Source: a virus (Duplodnaviria > Heunggongvirae > Uroviricota > Caudoviricetes). From it: a DNA stretch of 64,000 nt. Each line of letters starts with the position of its first letter. Position 1 is the first letter of the stretch. The notes beneath the pieces are model-generated. The model was given only the letters and a program-made list of their open reading frames with translations. It was not told the DNA's origin and ran no database searches. Below, piece by piece: positions 38,289 to 48,254 of this stretch. The DNA is taken from positions 191,171 through 255,170 of the IMG/VR virus record IMGVR_UViG_3300028833_000001; one strand, 5' to 3'. The position numbers and the translations under genes were made by a program.

Positions 38289-40290
38289 CTTCTTTTTTAA
38301 TTATTGAATTTATTACATAATCTTTTCTTAAAACTATATTCCACATTTTTTCATATTGAGTATTTTTGAAAAACTGAAAATATATATCTACTGGCTTTGT
38401 TTGGCCGAGTCTGTGGACCCTATCTTGTGCTTGAAAGTTGTCTGAAGGCACAAATGATATATTATTGAAAACAAGTTTATTTGCAACAGTAAGTGTTATA
38501 CCTACTCCTGCACTTTGTATGTTACCAATAAAAACCATCTTGTTCGGGTCATTCATAAATGAGTCAACTGCTAAGTCTTTTTCTTTTGATGAAATTTTAC
38601 CGTTGTAAATCACACATTTTTCACCATAATAATTTTTTAATGTATACAATTCATCGTCATAGCAACAAAAAATAACAATTTTTTCACCATTAGAAATAAA
38701 CTTGTCAACAAGCTTTATTGTATTAGGGACCATTTGATTTGAACAATATCTTCTATATATTGCGCCTTCTAATAAATCTTTGTTTATTTCCTTAGTTGGG
38801 TCTGCTTCAAGCTGCGCTGCTTCATATTCATCCCATAATTTTGAATATTCAGCTTTTTGTTCTGGAGTGAATTCATAAAAAATCTCGTGAATTGTTTTCG
38901 GAGGAAGACTATTATTCAAATCTTCTTTGGTTCTTCTTAAGTAAATGTGAGATATTTTCCCTTTAAGTTCATCAAGATTAATGGCATCTTTAAGAATAGT
39001 TACCATGCGTGCATTACTTCTTATATACTCTTTAAGTCTATCTTTTTCATCGCTTGTTAAATCATAAAAACTTGGCTTATGAACATATTTTAAAAACATA
39101 TTTGTCCACTTCTCTTTTTCGCCTTTGGCTGGTATTTTCATCCCACCACAATATCGTTGAATATAGTAATTATAATCATCCGTGATTTGTTCTCCTAAAA
39201 GTTTTAACAAACAATATAAGTTTTGCGGATTGTTAGTTACTGGTGTACCAGTTGATAGAAATATACATTCTGGATTTCCTCGTTTTATTAAATCGTTTAT
39301 GATTTTATACCGTTGAGATTTGCTGTTGGATAATTTATGAGCTTCATCTATAATCAACAATGATTTTTTGTTTTGAAAAAATCTTAACATTGGACTGTTC
39401 TCAAGCGCTTTTGCAACATTTTCCTTACTTCTTGTTTTTGGTATTTCATAAAACTCATCCAAAATATCAAAATTAAGTATAACAAATCTGTTATCAGACC
39501 ATTTACCTTTTGTTAAAGCCTCTTCTTTTAGTTCTTTTACTGATAATCCAGATTTTCCTTCAGCATATCCAAGAAATTTTTCAAGTTCTGGTTTTGTTTT
39601 ATCATTAATGCTTTCAATTATTGTAATATCACGCTCTGGTACATAGAATTTTAGCTCATCAACCCAATTGGTTTTTAACGATGCTGGGCAAATAATAAGA
39701 ATTGAATCGAAATTACCCTCAATAGCAGCAATTGTTAGACTTGTGGTCTTTCCCAATCCCATATCGTGGGCTAATATACATTTTTTTCTTGATAACAAGA
39801 ATTTTACAGCTTCTTTTTGATGAGGCATTAGTGTTCTATTAACTCCGTTGGCTGATGCTAATCTATCGTATCGCTCAAAATCAACTTGAAAATCATGAAA
39901 ATCTTTAACTAGAAAATTTTCAATAACACCTTTTTTTGGTAAAAAAAGTTGCATTGGCTCCATGTTTTGTCTGTATTTTACAATACAATGAAAAAATGCA
40001 TTTGTTTCGCCAAGCATAACTAATATTAATATTTTTTTTGGTGTGAATTCTATTTCATATTCTTCTTTTAATTTTTCGCCGTACCAATCAACAATAGAAA
40101 CAGTTTTATTAATCTTGATTGGAACAAAATTAAAGTTCGTATTGATATAGTCTGTTACAAAATCAGTCAACAGTGATGTTTTCCCACACAAAAAAACATC
40201 TCTTTTGAGAGTTAACAAATATGGGTTCTGACCAGAATATTCTCTTAATCTTTCTATTGCTTCATTTTTTGATTTTATCGTGCTATACAC
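38278..40290 (-). CDS. SNF2-family (SF2) helicase/translocase
   Basis: LMPHQKEAV, HDMGLGKT, IIDEAH, LSTGTP, SAGVGITLT, QAQDRVHRLGQ. Confidence 0.93.
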   Translation of the reverse strand: MYSTIKSKNEAIERLREYSGQNPYLLTLKRDVFLCGKTSLLTDFVTDYINTNFNFVPIKINKTVSIVDWYGEKLKEEYEIEFTPKKILILVMLGETNAFFHCIVKYRQNMEPMQLFLPKKGVIENFLVKDFHDFQVDFERYDRLASANGVNRTLMPHQKEAVKFLLSRKKCILAHDMGLGKTTSLTIAAIEGNFDSILIICPASLKTNWVDELKFYVPERDITIIESINDKTKPELEKFLGYAEGKSGLSVKELKEEALTKGKWSDNRFVILNFDILDEFYEIPKTRSKENVAKALENSPMLRFFQNKKSLLIIDEAHKLSNSKSQRYKIINDLIKRGNPECIFLSTGTPVTNNPQNLYCLLKLLGEQITDDYNYYIQRYCGGMKIPAKGEKEKWTNMFLKYVHKPSFYDLTSDEKDRLKEYIRSNARMVTILKDAINLDELKGKISHIYLRRTKEDLNNSLPPKTIHEIFYEFTPEQKAEYSKLWDEYEAAQLEADPTKEINKDLLEGAIYRRYCSNQMVPNTIKLVDKFISNGEKIVIFCCYDDELYTLKNYYGEKCVIYNGKISSKEKDLAVDSFMNDPNKMVFIGNIQSAGVGITLTVANKLVFNNISFVPSDNFQAQDRVHRLGQTKPVDIYFQFFKNTQYEKMWNIVLRKDYVINSIIKKEDDK

Positions 40291-40473
40291 AGTGTTAGAT
40301 TTAACATAATTATATATATTTTTTTATTTAAAAACAAATATATTAATATAATAATATTATTAATATTAATATTATTATTAAGTTATTAATAGTATATATA
40401 CTACGCGTGCGCGTGAATAGAGTGATTTAAATAAAGATTAAATCATTAACCAATCTTATTGTTTAATGAATAA

Positions 40474-40482
40474 ACTATTTAT
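40474..40482 (+). promoter_or_regulatory. Putative late promoter ACTATTTAT
   Basis: Core 28 nt before ATG 40503. Confidence 0.6.
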
Positions 40483-40502
40483 TAAATAAAATATTTTTAA
40501 CA

Positions 40503-42590
40503 ATGAAAAATTATATATTTGAAATTGAAAATACTTCAAATGCTGATGAACATATTGATATTGTAGGCGGACCAGAAACTGACAAACTAGATACCGCTAT
40601 TCGTATAATTAAAAACACTTGGAGAAGTCCAGATGATTATTGGGTGGTTGAAATAAGAGCAAGAAAAAAAGACCATATGAAATACAATACCAAAACCATC
40701 AACATAAAGGGATGGGTTGGTAAAGGTGGTAATAAAGTAGGAATTGCGTACATTCACGGTAAAACAGTTGAAGAAGCCATAAATTCTTTACGCAATTTAA
40801 CCATTTCATTATTTGATTGGGCAGCAGATACTTTAATAGAAAACGGTTATAATATACAAAATAACGAGTTTTCAATAAAGGATAATAATATGGGTACTGT
40901 ATATAAATTATGTGATTTATTTTTTGCAAGAGCTTATTTCACTATAAACAAAAAGAGTTTCAATAAAACCAAAGAAATTTTCACAAAAAAAACTGGTAAC
41001 ACACATATTGATTTTATGGACCCAATGTTTTTAAGTTTTGCTTTGTATGGTAACGGGTATCCGTTATATGCCTACATTGATTGTGATATAGACCCAGAAT
41101 CAGAATCAAAATTCGGAAAAAAAGAAACTGGAATTAGTGAAATTAATAGATTCATTAATTATTTAGAAGAAAAAAACATAAGAATATATAAAGTCGAAAA
41201 TAGTCATAATGGTGTTCATATTTACACAAATGCTTATGAATTTTATAAAGTTTTCAAAAATCCAAAACAAGCTAGGGAAACATTAAATAAATTATTTGAC
41301 ATCACTTGTGATGTTGGTGAATTAAAGGGTAAAAGAAGATTTTCAAATAATAGAATTGGTGATGAATCAATACTTGAAAAAGGAGGACAAGCAGCAATGC
41401 TATTATATTCACCATGTGGAAATAGGCCGCAATCAAATGTGTTGATTAATAAAAGAGAAAATTACCCAACATTAAAAGGTATGAGAAGAAATATGAGGGC
41501 CGATGTTTATGATAAATTTAATAAAAACGATTATAATTTAGATTTAAACGAATCGGTTGTTAGACAATTGGTTAATGAATGTTTAAAAAAATTATTATCA
41601 GAGGCTGATATTAATATGAGGGACAGAATAGGGTCAAAAGGTCCTTTAACTATTAATGATTTATTGTCTCCAAATGAAATATTCCAGACAACATTGAAAT
41701 TAATAGAAGAATATAAAAAAAGTGGTAATAAATATAGTTATGAAGAATTTTTCGGCAACGACCCAGGATATTTAATTTGGAAAAATTATGTAAAATCAAT
41801 GACTGGTGTCGATGAAATGAAACCACTGACAACCAAGGCTGGAAGAGTTAAGAAAGGAGTAGATGGCAAACCAGTAATGGTTCCAAAACTAAAAAGCGTA
41901 AAGAAGGTCAAAGTTCGTGACGAAAACGGTAATGTTGTATTGGATAAAGATGGAAAACCAGTATTTGAAGAATACCCAAAAATTGCTATTGGATTTATGT
42001 TTTGGGTTGAAAATATGACAAAGCCTAAAAAAATTGATGAATTTGGGGGAATAGCGACAAAAATTTATGCTTATAAGTATAATGATAGTTATTTATTTGG
42101 GTATTACAATTTAGGTATGTTTATTGCAAATTCATTTTCTGGCGGTAAATCTGGAGTTAATCAATTAATTAGTTCAATTTGTGAGTATAATAATGTGGTG
42201 TTTGCTGTAACAATGGATTTAGCACACATGTTGATGAAATTAGGGTTATATACCGACGGAAAAATCCATACAACACAATTTGGCGGGCAAATAGTTAAAA
42301 AAATGACATTGTCAACAAATCCAGATTTAATAGGAATTAACGACGAATTTGAAGATAAAACACCTAATCAGGTTCAAAATATATTTAAAAATAAAAAATT
42401 AAAAAACTTTTTCTTAAAAAACCCAAAACTTTTAAATGATATTTTAAGCGATGAAGGTGTTCAAGAATATATTAATGAACACCCAGAAGATTGCGAAATG
42501 TTATTCACTCAAATAATTAAAAATATGTTCACAAGAAAAAATGACTATCGAAAAAAAAGCCAAAAAAATACCAATAACAAGAAACACTAA
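40503..42590 (+). CDS. Two-domain protein: AEP (primase-polymerase)-like N-domain, head-type linker, unknown C-domain
   Basis: YIDCDID and SHNGVHIY resemble AEP motifs I and II; linker LNESVVRQLVNECLKKLLSE at 41544-41603. Confidence 0.55.
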   Translation: MKNYIFEIENTSNADEHIDIVGGPETDKLDTAIRIIKNTWRSPDDYWVVEIRARKKDHMKYNTKTINIKGWVGKGGNKVGIAYIHGKTVEEAINSLRNLTISLFDWAADTLIENGYNIQNNEFSIKDNNMGTVYKLCDLFFARAYFTINKKSFNKTKEIFTKKTGNTHIDFMDPMFLSFALYGNGYPLYAYIDCDIDPESESKFGKKETGISEINRFINYLEEKNIRIYKVENSHNGVHIYTNAYEFYKVFKNPKQARETLNKLFDITCDVGELKGKRRFSNNRIGDESILEKGGQAAMLLYSPCGNRPQSNVLINKRENYPTLKGMRRNMRADVYDKFNKNDYNLDLNESVVRQLVNECLKKLLSEADINMRDRIGSKGPLTINDLLSPNEIFQTTLKLIEEYKKSGNKYSYEEFFGNDPGYLIWKNYVKSMTGVDEMKPLTTKAGRVKKGVDGKPVMVPKLKSVKKVKVRDENGNVVLDKDGKPVFEEYPKIAIGFMFWVENMTKPKKIDEFGGIATKIYAYKYNDSYLFGYYNLGMFIANSFSGGKSGVNQLISSICEYNNVVFAVTMDLAHMLMKLGLYTDGKIHTTQFGGQIVKKMTLSTNPDLIGINDEFEDKTPNQVQNIFKNKKLKNFFLKNPKLLNDILSDEGVQEYINEHPEDCEMLFTQIIKNMFTRKNDYRKKSQKNTNNKKH

Positions 42591-43074
42591 ATTCTTTAGT
42601 GCAGAAGATTTTGATTTAGAAATTGGATTTGCGACAGAATATTTAGAACAGGATGCAAATCAAACAATTATTTTGTATAGAGTTGATTTACAAAAAACAC
42701 AAATAAACGACATTTATGTTGAGGCTTCAAAAAATTCGATAAGATACTTACCTCCAATAGAACTACCTGTTATTTTCGACATATCTGACGCTGAATTAAA
42801 GGCTTATAATAATAAAAGCCAAAAAGGAATTTACGCACAGACAGGTAAATTAACTTTTAGTGTGCTATTGAAAACGTTAGAAGAATACGATTGCGACATT
42901 TCAAGGGGAGATTATATAGGAGTGCAGATAACCCCAGACCATAGGGAATATTTTACAGTTACAGATGATGGCAGGGTTGGCGCAATTTCAAACAAGATGA
43001 CATTGTATGGCACGAAACCGTACGCACGGACAATAACAGCCGCTCAGGTTGACTCAAATGAATTTAATGGATAA
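42541..43074 (+). CDS. Head completion/neck protein (T4 gp14-like)
   Basis: Position before terminator and sheath genes; ILYRVD, G.LTFSV, ISRGDYI. Confidence 0.6.
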   Translation: MTIEKKAKKIPITRNTKFFSAEDFDLEIGFATEYLEQDANQTIILYRVDLQKTQINDIYVEASKNSIRYLPPIELPVIFDISDAELKAYNNKSQKGIYAQTGKLTFSVLLKTLEEYDCDISRGDYIGVQITPDHREYFTVTDDGRVGAISNKMTLYGTKPYARTITAAQVDSNEFNG

Positions 43075-44187
43075 ATGAGTAGAGAATATAAAAATATTTT
43101 AAGACGACCAAGGGTATATGGAGAAGAAAGGAGAAAAAATTTAACAAAGGAAATTCTTCAAGATTCAACGCCAATTCCTAGTCCGTTAGAGTATGAAGAT
43201 GTTGACGAGGCGTTTTGTAACTGGGTAAAAGATGACCTTAAAATATCATTCGAAGGTTCTGATTTACCAACAATTGTGTTGTTTGCTAACCAAAGATTTA
43301 CAGAATATATGCAATCATGGAAGGATGTCGATGACAAACGTAATTTTATACCAAATTTTAAGGCTGTAACAAGAGAAAACAACCCAAAACCTGGAACAAT
43401 AGTCGGCCAGACAAGAAATATTCCAGGTGAACGAACGTATCTTATGAAACGCGTTGAAGCATTAGATAAAGCAAATAGAAAATATTATATTGATTATAGA
43501 GTGAAACAGCCGTTTTCAGTTGACCTTATTTATTCGGTTTCGATTGTTTCGACAAAATACCAACTTTTAAACGATTTCAACTTACTTATTCAAAATAAAT
43601 TTAAAGCAATAGATTGTTATATAAGACCGAAAGGTCATTTTATACCAATGAAATTAAATGATGTGTCAGACGAATCTGAATACAGCATAGATAATCGTCA
43701 ATATTATTCACAAACATATAATATAACCGTAATGGCGTATATTATGCCGAAAGACAGTTTTTCAGTTGAAGAGAGGCCAATATTGAAACTTGTAGGTTTT
43801 GAAAATACAAGAAAGAAAAGCAATTATGCGGATATTATTGATATACCTTGTAAAATTAAGGCTGATGCTCCGTATTCGTACACTAAAACCGTAATAACAG
43901 TACATCTTGATGAGTGTAGTTTTGGATACAAATTCAATATAGATTGTGATTTTAATTTTAAAAAACTTGAATTAACTAATGTTCGCGGATTTAAGTTATA
44001 TATTAATGACAAAGAAGAGGAAGTTAACGAAAATTTAAAAATTAAAACTAACGATGAAATTAAAATAAAATCCGTTGGAAAATATAGATTAGATTCAGAA
44101 TCTGAAATAAAATTTATCGGCTACAGCCCTACTGATACATACGAAAAAAATGGAGATGAAAAAATAATTGAAATAGATGCAGAATAA
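43075..44187 (+). CDS. Tail terminator/sheath stabiliser (T4 gp15-like)
   Basis: EDVDEAF..W, LPTIV, SVDLIYSVSI; precedes the sheath gene. Confidence 0.6.
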   Translation: MSREYKNILRRPRVYGEERRKNLTKEILQDSTPIPSPLEYEDVDEAFCNWVKDDLKISFEGSDLPTIVLFANQRFTEYMQSWKDVDDKRNFIPNFKAVTRENNPKPGTIVGQTRNIPGERTYLMKRVEALDKANRKYYIDYRVKQPFSVDLIYSVSIVSTKYQLLNDFNLLIQNKFKAIDCYIRPKGHFIPMKLNDVSDESEYSIDNRQYYSQTYNITVMAYIMPKDSFSVEERPILKLVGFENTRKKSNYADIIDIPCKIKADAPYSYTKTVITVHLDECSFGYKFNIDCDFNFKKLELTNVRGFKLYINDKEEEVNENLKIKTNDEIKIKSVGKYRLDSESEIKFIGYSPTDTYEKNGDEKIIEIDAE

Positions 44188-44233
44188 CAACTTAGTTTTT
44201 TCAAACCAAAGTGTTTTTTTTGATAATAATATT

Positions 44234-44242
44234 CTATTTATA
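44234..44242 (+). promoter_or_regulatory. Putative late promoter CTATTTATA
   Basis: Core 41 nt before ATG 44275. Confidence 0.6.
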
Positions 44243-44274
44243 TAGAAAATAATAAGACTAAAAGATATTAAAAT

Positions 44275-47127
44275 ATGATAAGTGATGCAAGAGGTGGTCA
44301 TGTTTCACCTGGTATTTACACAGAAGAAAAAGATGTTCTTTACTCAGTTAAAAGTCTCGGTATTACAAGTCTTGGTCTTGTTGGCGAAACATTGTACGGG
44401 CCAGCATTTGAAGATATCGAGGTAAAAGATTGGGGGGAATATGTTGACTATTTTGGTGGAACATCACCAGAGCTTTTTAAAGGTACTGGATTACCAAAAT
44501 ATGAATTGCCATATATAGCAAAAAGTTATCTTGAAGAATCAAAAAGACTTCATGTTGTTAAAGTGCTTGGGTTGTCTGGTTATAACGCAGGCGAAGCGTT
44601 TTTAATTAAACAAAACGATGTACCAATAGCAATTTTGAGGAGTAAGATGGTTTATTCATATAACGGCGCTGATTTATGTGCTCAAGGAGAGATAGATTCA
44701 TGTCAACAGGTTGTTACTAATGTTACTGTTGGTAAATATACTGGTGGTGAATATAATAGTGTTTGTGCAAATGTAGAAGGTAGCACAAGTGAGAGCGTCA
44801 ATGATAATATGAAATTCGGACTAACAGTTAATTGTACCGAAAATCTTGGGTTTAACACTGAGTATACCTACAATGTATCGTTGAATCCAAATGATAGCGA
44901 TTATATTTATAAGGTGTTAAGTAATAGGCCAGATACTGGAACAACTCCTATTTATATTGAGGCTATTTATGAAGGCCAATTTGATGCCTCTACAGAGATA
45001 ACAACTGGCGAATGCACAAAAATAGATAGCGGAGAAGTTCCAGTAACGTTTTACTATATTGTAACAAAAGCTGACGCTGATACCGAAGACGAAAACACTA
45101 CATACACATATACTCTTCGTAGGGTTAGTGCTAATGAACTTGGTCACAGGGTACTTATTGGAGGCTTAGACCCAGCTAATTATGACAGCGAAAACAACGG
45201 CCAAATTATTTTAACTGGTCAAACAAGCAGGCCGAATATGAACGGATACTATGAACTAAACGCAGTGATTACTATTAACGATGCATATTCTAATTTTAAA
45301 GAAATGTACAGACCAGCACAAACTCCTTGGATAGTATCTGATATTGTAGCAAATGAAGCTGACGGAACTAAAACAGCTACAATGAGAAAATTGTTTAAAT
45401 TCGTAACAATTTCAGACGGTGACGCTGCTAACTATCAGGTTAAAGTGTCCATCTCAAATATTAACATATTAAACGGAACATTTGATGTGTTGGTTAGAGA
45501 TTTTAATGACAATGATTCTAATCCAATCATTTTAGAAAAATTTAGTAGATGTAGTTTGGTTCAAGGTGATTCATCATTTATTGCGCATAAGATAGGAACA
45601 TCAGACGGTTTATATATTTCTAAGTCAAAATATATAGCAGTTAAACTTGCTGATGGTGAAGATTTTTCAGACTCAATACCAGCTGGTTTCTTAGGATATC
45701 CAATGCCAGACTATGGATGCGATGATAAACCACAACCTTTATATAATACAGTTTTTAATACTACAATTAAACCAAGAAGACAATATTTTGGGTTAACAAA
45801 TGAAACTATTGATATTGATTTATTAAGGTATAAAGGTAAATATTTTTATGATGACAATGGTGATTGCAATCCAGAAAAATTGACGAACGGTTTCCATATG
45901 GATTCAATTATTTCAATGGAAGGATATAATAATTCTGCAATCGTTGATGGTGTTTCTGGGTTTAATTTTACAACAGTTTCCAAAGATAAAGTTGGGAGTG
46001 AAGAAAAAATTCCTAGATTGATTAATGCCCCATCATATGTGTCGCAAACAATCTATAAGGATGTAACTGTTAGAAAGTTCACTTTGTACTTCTACGGAGG
46101 CTTTGATGGCTGGGATGTTAATAGAGAAAGTAGAACAAATACTGATGAATATAAGGCATCCAGATACGCAGTTAAAACATTGAGTGGAACTTCAAAAGTT
46201 TTTTCCAGTGTTGAAGATAATGGCTTAAACCAAATGTTAAATCTACCATCAACAGCAATCACAAGTGACTATTATGCATATCTTGCTGGCTATAGGATTT
46301 TTGCTAATCCTCAAGATATTGATATTAATGTGTTTGCAACTCCAGGTATTGATTGGTATAACAATACGTTGTTAGTTGAAGATGTGTTAGATATCATTGA
46401 AGATAGTGATGACGGAAGAGGCGGTGATGCATTATACGTTATCGACTCTCCAAGAGATTCTGATATAATGGATATAGCGCAAGATTTGTTAGATACAGAT
46501 TTAGACTCATCATATGCAGCAACGTTCTATCCTTGGGTGTTATATTATGACCAAACAAACAAGAGGTATATTGAATTACCTGTAACTAAAGATGTTGTAC
46601 GTAATTTAGCACAAACAGACAACACAGCATTTCCTTGGTTTGCACCAGCTGGCATGGAGCGTGGTAATGTAAATTGTGTTAAAGCGTCTTATAAAACAAC
46701 ACTTACAGACGAAGATATACTTTACAGCGGTAGAATTAATCCAGTTAAATCATTCTCTAAAGATGGCGTTAAAATTTGGGGAAATAAAACATTATACACC
46801 AAAGATAGCCCACTTAATAGAATTAACGTAAGAAGATTAATGATTAGAGTGAAAAAATTAGTTACAGATGCGGCAAAACATTTAATATTTGAACAATATG
46901 ACGATACACTTGAAAAACAATTCAGGGGATTAATCGAACCAATTTTGTCAAATGTTAAACAAAATAGAGGTATCTATGACTATAGAGTTGTTACTGAAGT
47001 TACTGAAGAAACAAGAGACCAACATATTTTACCAGCAAAAGTGTTAATTAAACCAACACCAGCGTTAGAATATATCTCAATCTCATTTGTGGTTTATCCA
47101 GAAAGCGTTTCTTTTGAAGAAAATTAA
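44275..47127 (+). CDS. Tail sheath protein (T4 gp18-like)
   Basis: SPGIYTEEKD, INVFATPGID, PWFAPAG..RG, LNRINVRRL, P..ALEYI. Confidence 0.95.
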   Translation: MISDARGGHVSPGIYTEEKDVLYSVKSLGITSLGLVGETLYGPAFEDIEVKDWGEYVDYFGGTSPELFKGTGLPKYELPYIAKSYLEESKRLHVVKVLGLSGYNAGEAFLIKQNDVPIAILRSKMVYSYNGADLCAQGEIDSCQQVVTNVTVGKYTGGEYNSVCANVEGSTSESVNDNMKFGLTVNCTENLGFNTEYTYNVSLNPNDSDYIYKVLSNRPDTGTTPIYIEAIYEGQFDASTEITTGECTKIDSGEVPVTFYYIVTKADADTEDENTTYTYTLRRVSANELGHRVLIGGLDPANYDSENNGQIILTGQTSRPNMNGYYELNAVITINDAYSNFKEMYRPAQTPWIVSDIVANEADGTKTATMRKLFKFVTISDGDAANYQVKVSISNINILNGTFDVLVRDFNDNDSNPIILEKFSRCSLVQGDSSFIAHKIGTSDGLYISKSKYIAVKLADGEDFSDSIPAGFLGYPMPDYGCDDKPQPLYNTVFNTTIKPRRQYFGLTNETIDIDLLRYKGKYFYDDNGDCNPEKLTNGFHMDSIISMEGYNNSAIVDGVSGFNFTTVSKDKVGSEEKIPRLINAPSYVSQTIYKDVTVRKFTLYFYGGFDGWDVNRESRTNTDEYKASRYAVKTLSGTSKVFSSVEDNGLNQMLNLPSTAITSDYYAYLAGYRIFANPQDIDINVFATPGIDWYNNTLLVEDVLDIIEDSDDGRGGDALYVIDSPRDSDIMDIAQDLLDTDLDSSYAATFYPWVLYYDQTNKRYIELPVTKDVVRNLAQTDNTAFPWFAPAGMERGNVNCVKASYKTTLTDEDILYSGRINPVKSFSKDGVKIWGNKTLYTKDSPLNRINVRRLMIRVKKLVTDAAKHLIFEQYDDTLEKQFRGLIEPILSNVKQNRGIYDYRVVTEVTEETRDQHILPAKVLIKPTPALEYISISFVVYPESVSFEEN

Positions 47128-47149
47128 TAACATAGCACATAATTTATTT

Positions 47150-47178
47150 AAGGGGTTGCATTTGCAACCCCCTTTTTT
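47150..47178 (+). terminator. Terminator after the sheath gene
   Basis: GGGGTTGC-ATTT-GCAACCCC followed by a T run. Confidence 0.85.
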
Positions 47179-47192
47179 ATGTAATAAAATAA

Positions 47193-47201
47193 ACTATTTA
47201 T
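47193..47201 (+). promoter_or_regulatory. Putative late promoter ACTATTTAT
   Basis: Core 23 nt before ATG 47217. Confidence 0.6.
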
Positions 47202-47216
47202 ATAAAATTAAATATT

Positions 47217-47588
47217 ATGCAAACACTCATTAAAAAATTATTATTAGTTATTGTTTTAGTATTTCTACCAATTGGTTGCTTTTTGTCTGATGGACAGTTA
47301 GAATTTGGCGATTCAGGTAAAAACGACACTATAGAAATAATTTCGCACAGAACGCAAGCTATTACATATTATGACACAGTTAGTGATGTTGAACTTGATT
47401 CTATAATAAACGCTGAAATGTTACCAGAAGTTAAAACTTGGGCTTCTTGTGAGTTTTTTGATTATGAAACTGGTTCAACAATAACGAAAAGTACTTATTA
47501 CAAATCAAATAAAGACGGTTCAACTTGTTATTATGTTATTACTGGACAAACAGAACCATATATAATAGAAAAAAGAGAGGAAAAATAA
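47217..47588 (+). CDS. Probable lipoprotein or secreted protein
   Basis: KK + hydrophobic stretch + LPIG-C21 lipobox-like site. Confidence 0.6.
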   Translation: MQTLIKKLLLVIVLVFLPIGCFLSDGQLEFGDSGKNDTIEIISHRTQAITYYDTVSDVELDSIINAEMLPEVKTWASCEFFDYETGSTITKSTYYKSNKDGSTCYYVITGQTEPYIIEKREEK

Positions 47589-47589
47589 T

Positions 47590-48210
47590 ATGAAACAATT
47601 TGGATATATACCATCAGAAATAGACGGTAGTGAAATAGTTTTTTCACTTCAAAAAGATGATACATTACCAGAGGCTTATAATTGTATAAATAACATTCCA
47701 GACGTTATAAATCAGGGTAGCCTGTCAATATGTGTTCCGTGTTCATTGTCAGCATATCTTAATTGGAAAATTAATATAAAAAATGGTAAAAAAGACGATA
47801 ACAACGTTTTTTTAAATGAAATATATGAAAGTAGAACCAATAAAGGCGAAGGAATGTCGTTCAAAGATGCATTAAAATTTTTACGTAAAACTGGTGTGAG
47901 CACAAATAACGGAACGCAAAAGATATTAATGTATGCCATGATAAAAGATATTGTTAGCCTAAAAAAAGCACTGATAATGAATGGCCCGTGTGTCGGAGCT
48001 TTACCAGTATATTCTTGGGATTGTGATTTTTGGGTAAAAAAACGAGGATATAGGCTTGATGGATATCATGCAATTTCAATCGTAGGATTTAATGAAGATG
48101 GGTTTATAATAAGAAATTCGTGGGGAAAAGAATTTTGTAGTGACGGTTATACCCTAATTGAATATGAAAATTTCAAGGACCTTTTAGAAGTTTGGACAAT
48201 TATTTCTTAA
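47590..48210 (+). CDS. Papain-like cysteine peptidase (family C1)
   Basis: NQGSLSIC (Gln and Cys six apart as in papain Q19/C25), GYHAISIVGF (His), IRNSWG (Asn). Confidence 0.88.
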   Translation: MKQFGYIPSEIDGSEIVFSLQKDDTLPEAYNCINNIPDVINQGSLSICVPCSLSAYLNWKINIKNGKKDDNNVFLNEIYESRTNKGEGMSFKDALKFLRKTGVSTNNGTQKILMYAMIKDIVSLKKALIMNGPCVGALPVYSWDCDFWVKKRGYRLDGYHAISIVGFNEDGFIIRNSWGKEFCSDGYTLIEYENFKDLLEVWTIIS

Positions 48211-48238
48211 TTGACTTTTACCATTTGTTTTTTATTTT
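48211..48238 (+). promoter_or_regulatory. Sigma70-like promoter TTGACT-N16-TATTTT
   Basis: Begins immediately after the peptidase stop, upstream of rmlD. Confidence 0.5.
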
Positions 48239-48254
48239 TTAATAAAAAAAAAAG

